Origin: a virus | Lineage: Duplodnaviria; Caudoviricetes | Reading direction: 5' to 3' (one strand) | DNA length: 64,000 bases | Virus record (IMG/VR): IMGVR_UViG_3300042451_000960 | The notes under the pieces: generated by a model | What the model was told of the DNA's origin: nothing | The model's database searches: none | What the model saw: the letters and a program-made list of their open reading frames with translations, nothing else | Shown here: positions 59,601-64,000 of the stretch, in pieces | Numbering within the stretch: position 1 is the first letter of the stretch | Layout: each line of letters begins with the position of its first letter | Position numbers and translations under genes: made by a program

Positions 59601-61305
59601 CACTTTCTACATAAAGGCTACCAGTTATTCTTACCGAACCAGTTATTTGAGAACCACTATCCTGTGATATTACTCTAAATCCAAAATCAGGAGAAACTGA
59701 AGCTGTAACTGAACCTGATTTAATTTCAGTTGATAATAAAGCATCTTCAGTAAGTGCTGAACGAGGTATGTTTCTTAAGTATGTACCTTCTCCATAGTAT
59801 GCGGAGCCAGATGCTAATTGTAATGAACCACTTTCAGCATTTACAAATAAGCTACCACTTATAGAAACACTTCCCGTAAATTGAGAACCACTATCCAAAG
59901 ATTGCACTCTAAATCCTTCATCAGGACTTACCGAAGCAGTTACACTACCACTTGCTATTCTAAATACTTCTTGAGTAAATGCAGCTAATGGTATATTAAA
60001 AAGACCTTCACCACTACCACTAAAAACGGATGCAGAAACAGATCCTGAAAAATTTGATGTTGCTGAAATTACTTCAAATCCTCTATTTGGGGAAACCGAA
60101 GCAGTTACACTACCACTTGCTATTCTAAATGCTTCTTGAGCTAATGCGTTTAATGGAATATCAAATAAACCAGCACCACTACCAGTAAACATAGATGCCG
60201 ATACAGTTGATTTGAATTCAGCTGAACCAGTTACTATTAAAAAATCTTTTATTGTTACACCCGTATTAACTAATAAACCCGTATTAGGTGCTATTGAAGC
60301 TGTTGCCGAACCACTAGCTATTCTAGGTGCTACTGTTGATGGTACATTTGTTAATTGAGAACCATCTCCACTAAAAGAACCAGTAAATGAACCGGATGCA
60401 GATGATACTGTTAAACTATCTATTGTGGCAGTTCTACTAATAATAGAACCAGATTCTACTATAACAGAACCAGTTGTTAAACGTAAACTACCTGTAATTT
60501 GTACTCCACCTAAAAAAGATGCACTTTGTGCATTAATTATAAGAAGGTCTCCAACTACAGAAGCGGTTACCGAACCACTTGCTAATATTGCAGATTCTAT
60601 TGCAGATTGTACATTTATTAAATCTCTACCATCACCAAAAAATGAACCTGTAAATGAACCTATCGCAGAAGATGCTGTAAGTTGATTAGTACTCAATCTA
60701 TCTCTTACTTCAACAGAACCAGTAAATTCTTGCTTATCCGTTTCTTCATCACCAAATTTATTAGAACCCGATGAATATATTACCGAAGATGATATATATG
60801 AAACTATTAATTGTTCAGCATATATTGAATTTTCAACAATTAAATCTTCAGTAATTCTAGCCGAACCAGTAACTGTTAAATTACCATTAATAGTTGTAAA
60901 TGTATTTACTGCTAATCCTTTATCAGGAGAAATAGATGCGGTTGCTGAACCACTTGCTATCTTTGGTGCTACAACTGCTGGTATATTTGTTAATAGAGAA
61001 CCATCTCCACTAAAAGAACCAGTGAAAGATCCTGTGAACAGGCCACTTAATAACGCACTTCCACTAAAAGATCCTGTAAAATTACCCTGAGCGGTGTCAA
61101 TTTTAATATCTTTAATAAATCGTCTATTACCATCACTATCTGATGCTAATATACCTACAGAACCACTATCAAACGAAGCTGGGAAATCAGGAACCCCAAG
61201 ATTGGGCTCGACTTGTGATAAATCCACAAATTCGTACCTATCTGCGGTAACATTTTTTGGACCTTTTAACCTGACCCTTCCTGATAATAGATTACTAATT
61301 GCCAT
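47686..61305 (-). CDS. Giant fibre/virion protein (4539 aa): about 35 SGSxTASxSP repeats, an embedded cupredoxin-like domain, an ~1350-aa Gly-Ser-Ser tract and a C-terminal beta domain
   Basis: Repeat content read directly from the translation; C-terminal IDLATANNF...ITLSNPPAS...ITWPASINW...TDILVFYTYDAG domain typical of fibre tips. Confidence 0.88.
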   Translation of the reverse strand: MAISNLLSGRVRLKGPKNVTADRYEFVDLSQVEPNLGVPDFPASFDSGSVGILASDSDGNRRFIKDIKIDTAQGNFTGSFSGSALLSGLFTGSFTGSFSGDGSLLTNIPAVVAPKIASGSATASISPDKGLAVNTFTTINGNLTVTGSARITEDLIVENSIYAEQLIVSYISSSVIYSSGSNKFGDEETDKQEFTGSVEVRDRLSTNQLTASSAIGSFTGSFFGDGRDLINVQSAIESAILASGSVTASVVGDLLIINAQSASFLGGVQITGSLRLTTGSVIVESGSIISRTATIDSLTVSSASGSFTGSFSGDGSQLTNVPSTVAPRIASGSATASIAPNTGLLVNTGVTIKDFLIVTGSAEFKSTVSASMFTGSGAGLFDIPLNALAQEAFRIASGSVTASVSPNRGFEVISATSNFSGSVSASVFSGSGEGLFNIPLAAFTQEVFRIASGSVTASVSPDEGFRVQSLDSGSQFTGSVSISGSLFVNAESGSLQLASGSAYYGEGTYLRNIPRSALTEDALLSTEIKSGSVTASVSPDFGFRVISQDSGSQITGSVRITGSLYVESGSFFYGDGSGLTNISLANLSIDSTKIFSGSATASIAPDNGFVVNVDSRITGSLFVSESIFARFFVGDGSQLTNVPSTVAPRIASGSVTASVSPNFGFRVESLESGSQFTGSINVSGSISIPSGSGFFSGSGEGLFNIPQAALSFEINRIASGSATASIAPNTGLLVNTGVTIRDFLIVTGSSILNKVSASFFSGSGRDLFDIPQSALSFEITKISTGSVTASVSPEFGFKVESLASGSEFTGSIDVSGSIFIPKGAGFFSGSGIGLFDIPQSALAFEITKISSGSVTASVSPDFGFKVESLESGSQFTGSLIVSGNIQVATGSFFSGSGRGLLDIPRSALAPDALVSNLIASGSATASISSERGLEINTNVVLSASVFYSGSGAGLFNIPLNALANEAFRIATGSITASVSLDKGFVVDSALSGSEFTGSVEISGSLSASLFRGDGGGLFNIPFSAFTGDVPRIASGSVTASVSPEVGFKVISALSGSEFTGSIDVSGSVSIISGSYFIGDGRYINNIQLSELAGKSYLLESASFSASFILGTGLVVNTLVSASKFSGSGAGLFDIPLSALATEAFRIASGSATASISPQKGFEVTTFTTINGYLFVTNSITTIEDVKALGIMTASLFRGDGSGLFNLQIEQASKLVSGSVTASVSPNVGFYVNSNATIEGGLYVSASSKLQGLEVTGSVGVKGSQRITNDLYVDGKIVTTELIAEYISSSIIYSSGSNKFGDSATDKQEVTGSLEVKGDIRVASGSSFSGSGAQLFDIPQSALAFEINRIASGSATASISPDFGLEVNTVVSASAFSGSGRDLFNIPISAFSQEVFRIASGSATASVSPDFGFKVESLASGSQFTGSLIVSGNIQAATGSFFSGSGAGLKDIPRSALSFELTSIATGSVTASVTPEFGFRVESLGSGSQFTGSVIVSGIVQVATGSFFSGSGAGLKDIPRSALTEDALVTTEIKSGSVTASVSPDFGFKVESLASGSQFTGSVNISGSLFVNPYSGSLQLATGSSYYGEGRYLREIPKSAISDLDTSLIFSGSATASISPAQGFRVNTFSTFLFPVSASMFTGSGAGLYDIPRSAFTGDSFRIASGSVTASVSPTEGFRVESSEFGSQITGSLFVSGAKGIELSSGSSFSGSGERLFDIPKTAIKDLDLSKIFSGSATASISPDKGLEVNVNIVLSSSVFYSGSGIGLFDIPQSALSGDAFRIASGSATASISPTKGFEVNTFSKITGSLLVSASNTLIYSGSALGEEFRTFNVSNNGASAYTFSGAATGSNPTLTLLRGATYTFNVNASGHPFWIKTIQVSGPTNSYNDGVINNGDDVGVITFTPPSGSPSTLYYICQFHSGMSGIMNLTDALVIDEGRLDFIGNTKITGSLSVSSYVSASMFTGSGKGLYDIPISALAQDVFRIASGSATASISPDKGLEVNTVVSASAFSGSGRDLRDIPFSNLTGDASRIASGSVTASVSPNFGFLVNADAQISGGLFVSQSSILTNLDVIGYVGITGSANIQNDLYVGGKIVTTELFAQYISSSIIYSSGSNKFGDSESDKQEISGSLFISGGYGGVVQLETGSYFSGSGKGLFEIPFSNLTGDAFRIASGSVTASVSPAYGFRVESIDSGSDFFGDVRIDGDLLVSGAQFQNNVDINGELRVTGSLIVSSSSTFRNIGPAQFSGSLFVTGGNVVVESGSSFIGDGTFITNIQFASSSIESLRLSSGSVTASVSPDGFIVNTPFTGGLIGSQFTGSVGVSGSLYVTNFIYGDGTFLTNVTAQAAPRIQSGSVTASVSPNFGFRVETLATGSQIGSQFTGSIDVSGSVTAQFLIGDGTFITNVTAQAAPRISSGSVTASVSPNFGFRVQTTATGSQIGSQFTGSIDVSGSVTAFAFIGDGSQITNVQAAAAPRIQSGSVTASVAPNQGFIVTSIESGSFFFGDVRVASGSVFSGSGAQLFDIPLSALEDLQLDRIQSGSGRAIQSPDTLEVNTPITAALYRGDGGGLFNIPANALQDLKLDRIESGSARAVISPTLLDINTNTRIHSGSLTVSGSIFVSGGNVIAQSGSIFIGDGSGLNNITIANLAFDAFLLKSGSFTASISPDKGFVVNTSASIWGNLYVGNTITASNTIKAHLFTGSFLGTYNFQGVGPTASAEYDILRYNTTQGYFIPQPESSLTETVAFSNVSDLTIVHNLDILYPMVQVYATGSEDQILPGTIKSIDKNTINIKFAGVTSGHVVIGSGGSLISGTINGDRVFGTVLSASHAIFADSAGNVAGFDSASLAFLSSSITNLNLADYVKNDQTSSMTVLSASYALSSSYALFAANAANVDTSLFVQASQTASMTVGTASFAVTSSYSYFAETSSYALFAQNASNVDTSNFVLNSQTASMTVGTASLAFTASYALYALNAEGVNTASFLQVNKDSTINANLTISGSLGVSGSIYWGTPYTSSASDLVVTWNPTTKKLEARNVQQAAGTSGVDGTSGSSGTAGTGGTSGSSGSSGSSGTSGSSGSSGSSGTSGSSGTDGSSGSSGSSGTSGSSGSSGTSGSGGTSGTSGTSGSSGSSGSSGTSGTSGSSGSAGTSGSSGSSGSSGSSGSSGSSGSSGSSGSSGSSGTTGSEGTSGSSGSSGSSGSSGSSGSSGSSGSSGSSGSSGSSGSSGSSGSSGSSGSSGSSGSSGSSGSSGSSGSSGSGGSSGSSGSSGSSGSSGSSGSSGSSGSSGSSGTSGTSGTSGSAGTSGTSGTSGSSGSSGSSGSSGSGGSSGSSGSSGSSGSTGTAGSGGTAGTSGSSGSSGSAGSAGTSGSSGSSGSSGSSGSSGSSGSSGSSGSSGSSGSSGSSGSSGSSGSSGSSGSSGSSGSSGSSGSGGSSGSSGSSGSSGSSGSSGSSGSSGSSGSSGSSGSSGTTGSNGSSGSSGSSGTSGSSGSDGSSGSSGSSGSSGSSGSSGSSGSSGSGGTSGTSGEDGTSGTAGTGGSSGSSGISGSSGSSGSSGSDGSSGSSGSDGLDGTSGSSGTTGSAGTSGSSGTSGTSGSDGSSGSSGSSGSSGTTGSAGTSGSSGSSGTSGSGGTSGSSGTSGSSGSSGSSGTTGSAGSSGTSGTSGSSGSDGSSGTSGSSGSSGTTGSDGTSGSSGSSGSGGTSGSGGTSGSSGSSGSSGSSGSAGTSGSSGSSGSGGTSGSGGSSGSSGQNGSSGSSGSSGTNGSHGTSGSSGSTGSDGTSGSNGTSGSSGQDGSSGSSGSSGTTGSAGTSGSSGSDGTSGSSGFSGSSGSSGSSGSSGSGGTTGSAGSSGTSGANGTFFGSSGTSGSSGSSGTDGSSGSSGTSGVNGTFFGSSGSSGSSGTSGISGSSGTSGSSGSSGSDGTSGVNGSNGTSGLNGTFFGSSGTSGNDGTSGSTGSDGSSGTAGTSGTSGLNGTFFGSSGTSGSSGSSGSSGSSGTTGTSGTSGLNGTFFGSSGSSGSSGTSGTSGQNGTDGTTGSGGSSGSGGTSGTSGSSGLNGTYFGSSGTSGLSGSSGSTGTDGSSGSSGTSGLNGTFFGSSGSSGTSGTSGSSGLNGTSGDDGSSGTAGTSGTSGLNGTFFGSSGTSGTSGESGTSGLTGSAGTTGSAGTSGSSGLNGTFFGSSGTSGTSGESGSAGTSGSSGSSGSSGLNGTFFGSSGSSGTSGESGTSGTSGQTGTAGTSGSSGLNGTFFGSSGSSGSSGTSGSGTSGTSGISGTSGTSGLNGTFFGSSGSSGSSGTSGAGTSGTSGVSGSSGTSGLNGTFFGSSGSSGSSGTSGAGTSGTSGSSGTSGLNGTFFGSSGSSGSSGTSGSSGINGTVGSDGSSGTSGSSGSSGFLGLTGTTDNGVLTYINSTGAGQVEANLTFDGTTLSVTGGINATTNITSTTYRETYSDLGTGGSVTIDLATANNFRRQFNGNATITLSNPPASNAFGFTLVSVNGGAYTITWPASINWANGVAPTLTTSGTDILVFYTYDAGSNYWGFLSAANMS
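48150..52190 (-). repeat. Coding Gly-X-Y (mainly GSS/GTS) tandem repeat
   Basis: 9-nt periodic degenerate repeat such as gcttgagcc and actacttcc on the plus strand. Confidence 0.95.
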
Positions 61306-61373
61306 CCGTAGTTTTTCAGCTTTTTTATAAATATGATGAATCCTCTATAAATATTACGCAAAGATAATATCCC

Positions 61374-62297
61374 TTATTCGTTAGCACTTTCAAGCAGTGA
61401 GAGGATTACAGTCAAATCAGTTGAGCCTGAAACTACAAATCCATACGTTTCTTCCAATACTAATTTACCGGCCACAACAGGCGATAAAGAATCTGCAGGC
61501 GGTACTATAACATTAGTTACCAATTGTATTGGATTTTGTGCAACAAGAGTTGGTTCTTCAATTGTTGCTTTTGTAACATTAATTAATTCATTTATTACAT
61601 ATAAAGATGATGAATAATTTTGACCAGATAAAGCATAATCTGAATTAAATGATTGAGTAAAAGTTGTTTGATATAATCTTTGTACTGAAGTTGAGCCTGT
61701 TACTGATTGGTTTTTTATAATTTGTCCAGCTAAAGTTTTTACATAATCTAAAGTAAATAAAGATGAAGAATATTCTTCGGGATATATTGATTTAATTATA
61801 TTTACACCATTTTTTGTATAAAAAGATTTTGTATTTTTTGTAGTTCTTATTATTGTTTTATTTTTCATATCATATGCAGATGCATCTGTTGCATCTAAAG
61901 CATATCCTTCAAATCTAGAAGATGTAAATGAAAATGGTGTTTCAGTTTCATTATTTAAGAAACTAATGTATGCTGCGGTTTCTTTTCTTATGAATTGTCT
62001 ATTCAAAGTTAATAAAGATGATGCACTTGCAAAACTACCAGAATAATTTGATAAAGAAACAGATGCACTTATAAAATTAGAGCCATTCCAAATATTTTCA
62101 AAATTTGGTACAGGTAATTCTGCATTTGATGTTACAAATATAGTTACAGGTTGATTTACTAAACTATTATTAGTTATTTGAGCAGACAACACAATAGTTG
62201 AAACTCCTTGCGGTGTTGTATAAATTTGGTCTTCTTCACCAGTCAGATTTGTTACTACTGACTGAAATCGGTTTAACGGTACAAATACATTTGCCAT
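61374..62297 (-). CDS. Virion protein: small beta-sandwich domain interrupted by one copy of the neighbouring helical repeat
   Basis: N-terminus IYTTPQGVSTIVLSAQITN and C-terminus GKLVLEETYGFVVSGSTDLTVILSLLE flank LLTLNRQFIRKETAAYI... Confidence 0.65.
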   Translation of the reverse strand: MANVFVPLNRFQSVVTNLTGEEDQIYTTPQGVSTIVLSAQITNNSLVNQPVTIFVTSNAELPVPNFENIWNGSNFISASVSLSNYSGSFASASSLLTLNRQFIRKETAAYISFLNNETETPFSFTSSRFEGYALDATDASAYDMKNKTIIRTTKNTKSFYTKNGVNIIKSIYPEEYSSSLFTLDYVKTLAGQIIKNQSVTGSTSVQRLYQTTFTQSFNSDYALSGQNYSSSLYVINELINVTKATIEEPTLVAQNPIQLVTNVIVPPADSLSPVVAGKLVLEETYGFVVSGSTDLTVILSLLESANE

Positions 62298-62313
62298 TTT
62301 CTTTTATTTCATT

Positions 62314-64000
62314 TTATATTTGAAGTGCCAATGAGAACGGAGTTACAAGTGAGAATAGAGATTTACTAAATGTTCTACCCACAAGAGTACCAGTTGCCTG
62401 ATTAATACTCAAACCTGTACCAATTCTAAAGTCACCATCTTGGTTACCAGAGGTAAAGAATATTCTACCACCACCCAATTCGGTAATTTCAAATGCCGGA
62501 TTAGCTGCACCACTACCACCTTGGTTTGGTGGAAGTGCTTTAAACGTAACACCACTACCATTGTAAGAGTAGTCAATACCAGTTGCCACAATCAACGAAC
62601 CAAATGGTTCTAATGATGCACCAGCTGCTATAAATTCAGCTCTTGTTCTAAGATAACGGTTAGTTTCTAACGTTTCCAGTCTTTGTTTAAATATAACCTC
62701 ACCAGCATTTCCAAATTGGCCGTTAAAATAAGATGATGCTGCCGCAACACTTCTTTCATTTCCACCATATAATAAGTCAGTTGCTACTGCATCTACAATC
62801 AGTCCGGTATCACGAGAACAACTAGCCTCATTATATATTAAATATGGAAATGCTCCATTTGTATAACTAATTGCTCTTTGTTTTAATTCATCTTTAGCCC
62901 CTCTTAGTCTTTCAACAGATTGTCTTCTTCGTTGTGTTGCGAATGTTAATTGTGTTTGAAGAACAATTTTTTCACTTACACCTTTTGCGTAATTAATTCC
63001 ATCTACAGTTTGATTCTTTTGACCAATTGTTCCATTATCAGTATAAGATGGTTTAATAGCTACTGATGGTATTTTGTAATAATAAGACCCTGCTTCAATA
63101 CTTCTTTCGTTTCCACCATATACTAAATCCGTTTTTATCGCATCAATGATAAATCCTATATCACGAGAACAACTTACTTCGTTATATTTTAATGTACTCC
63201 AAGAAGAACTTAAGAATGTAATTGTTTCTTTTTGTATAAAGTTTTTATTTAAACTTAATAATTCTCTTCCATTTAAATAAGATGAAGTTGGTGAAGTAAA
63301 TGTTGGATTAGTTATAATCTTTGTTGATAATCTTCCAGCATATTTTACACCAGTTATAGTTGGGTCTAATTGATTTGATTCGGATGGAACACCAGCTACC
63401 GTTGCTTTTGATGGGAAGTAATAATAATATAATCCCGCAGTCACACTTCTTTCTTTTCCACCATATAATAAATCAGTTGCTGCTGCATCTATTAGGTATC
63501 CAACATCACGAGAACAACTTGCTTCATTATAATAAACAGTACTCCAAGAAGAAGATACATAAGCAATAGTTTCTGCCTGTATTAATGGTTTATTTTTTCT
63601 TAATAAATCAAATGATGCAGATACTTCTAATGATGCAGTTTGGAATACAATATTTTGAATAATCTTTTGTGAAATTCTACTTGCGAAATCTATTGCTTCA
63701 TTTGTTTGTCTAAGTTGTGTAGTTGTTGCTTGAGATGGATATTTGTAATAAAACTCACCACTCTCAATACTTCTTTCATTACCACCATATAATAGGTCAG
63801 TTGCTACACCATCAACAATGTGTCCAACATCACGTCTACATTTTTCTTTATTGTAATCAAATGTACTCCAACTAGCAGTTAAATACTGCATTGTTTCTTC
63901 TTGAATAAATTCTCTATTTCTTCTAAGTAATTCTACCGATGCTGAAACTGATTGAGAAGCGGTTGTAAATTGTATATTTTGAATTACATTTACAGCTAAT
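62314..64000 (-). CDS. Large repeat-built virion structural protein (5' end outside the window)
   Basis: Frame is open from 63891 to the window edge; four ~110-aa repeats LLxxNxxFIQxET...CxRDxGxxxDAxxTDLLYGGNERS; C-terminus GGRIFFTSGNQDGDFRIGTGLSINQATGTLVGRTFSKSLF. Confidence 0.8.
   Translation of the reverse strand, partial: LAVNVIQNIQFTTASQSVSASVELLRRNREFIQEETMQYLTASWSTFDYNKEKCRRDVGHIVDGVATDLLYGGNERSIESGEFYYKYPSQATTTQLRQTNEAIDFASRISQKIIQNIVFQTASLEVSASFDLLRKNKPLIQAETIAYVSSSWSTVYYNEASCSRDVGYLIDAAATDLLYGGKERSVTAGLYYYYFPSKATVAGVPSESNQLDPTITGVKYAGRLSTKIITNPTFTSPTSSYLNGRELLSLNKNFIQKETITFLSSSWSTLKYNEVSCSRDIGFIIDAIKTDLVYGGNERSIEAGSYYYKIPSVAIKPSYTDNGTIGQKNQTVDGINYAKGVSEKIVLQTQLTFATQRRRQSVERLRGAKDELKQRAISYTNGAFPYLIYNEASCSRDTGLIVDAVATDLLYGGNERSVAAASSYFNGQFGNAGEVIFKQRLETLETNRYLRTRAEFIAAGASLEPFGSLIVATGIDYSYNGSGVTFKALPPNQGGSGAANPAFEITELGGGRIFFTSGNQDGDFRIGTGLSINQATGTLVGRTFSKSLFSLVTPFSLALQI

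Larger units (their letters stand above)
779..61353 (-). promoter_or_regulatory. Recurrent TATTTAT(A) putative late-promoter motif (dispersed; span of occurrences given)
   Basis: Copies at 779, 2545, 2999, 7901, 9647, 10383, 26877, 27900, 28497, 30932, 31416, 46343, 61326 and 61346, nearly all intergenic and just upstream of a gene start. Confidence 0.7.

Noticed and set aside
779-61353. TATAAATA as canonical T4 late promoters firing on the plus strand
   Set aside because: No credible plus-strand genes exist; the motif sits consistently upstream of minus-strand starts.
1-64000. Stop-codon reassignment (TAG or TGA), as seen in some Bacteroidota phages
   Set aside because: ORFs over 4500 aa are uninterrupted in the standard code, and TAG (14313, 17414) and TGA (27108) end genes at sensible boundaries.

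Overview
64 kb of a large, AT-rich contractile-tailed (myovirus-type, probably jumbo) phage genome. Every credible gene is on the minus strand, the standard genetic code fits, and four promoters match the Bacteroidota -33 TTTG / 20 nt / -7 TAnnTTTG pattern, which points to a Bacteroidota host. In the direction of transcription (64000 to 1) the order is: (1) a repeat-built virion protein cut by the window edge; (2) two giant fibre proteins (4539 aa and about 4716 aa) with very long proline-free Gly-Ser-Ser collagen-like tracts, plus a BspA-type LRR protein and a fibre chaperone; (3) tail sheath, tail tube, a tail assembly chaperone pair joined by a likely programmed frameshift, tape measure and baseplate genes; (4) a 7.7 kb tailoring-enzyme island (four DxD GT-A-like proteins, GT25, O-carbamoyltransferase, an unannotated 37-aa peptide, two SGNH proteins, 2OG-Fe(II) oxygenase); (5) a complete tmRNA with an unusually long 24-aa tag; (6) a divergent short family A polymerase and a signal-peptide-bearing non-specific nuclease; (7) a 1410-aa ParB plus PD-(D/E)xK-like putative internal head protein, an ART-like protein, a GH19 endolysin and a gp32-like SSB with a T4 gene 32-style leader. 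The strongest candidate for an undescribed system is the pairing of the enzyme island with the very large Ser/Thr-rich, sequon-bearing fibres, i.e. possible virion glycosylation or decoration. DNA hypermodification is the competing explanation. All assignments come from reading motifs by eye; no database search was run.
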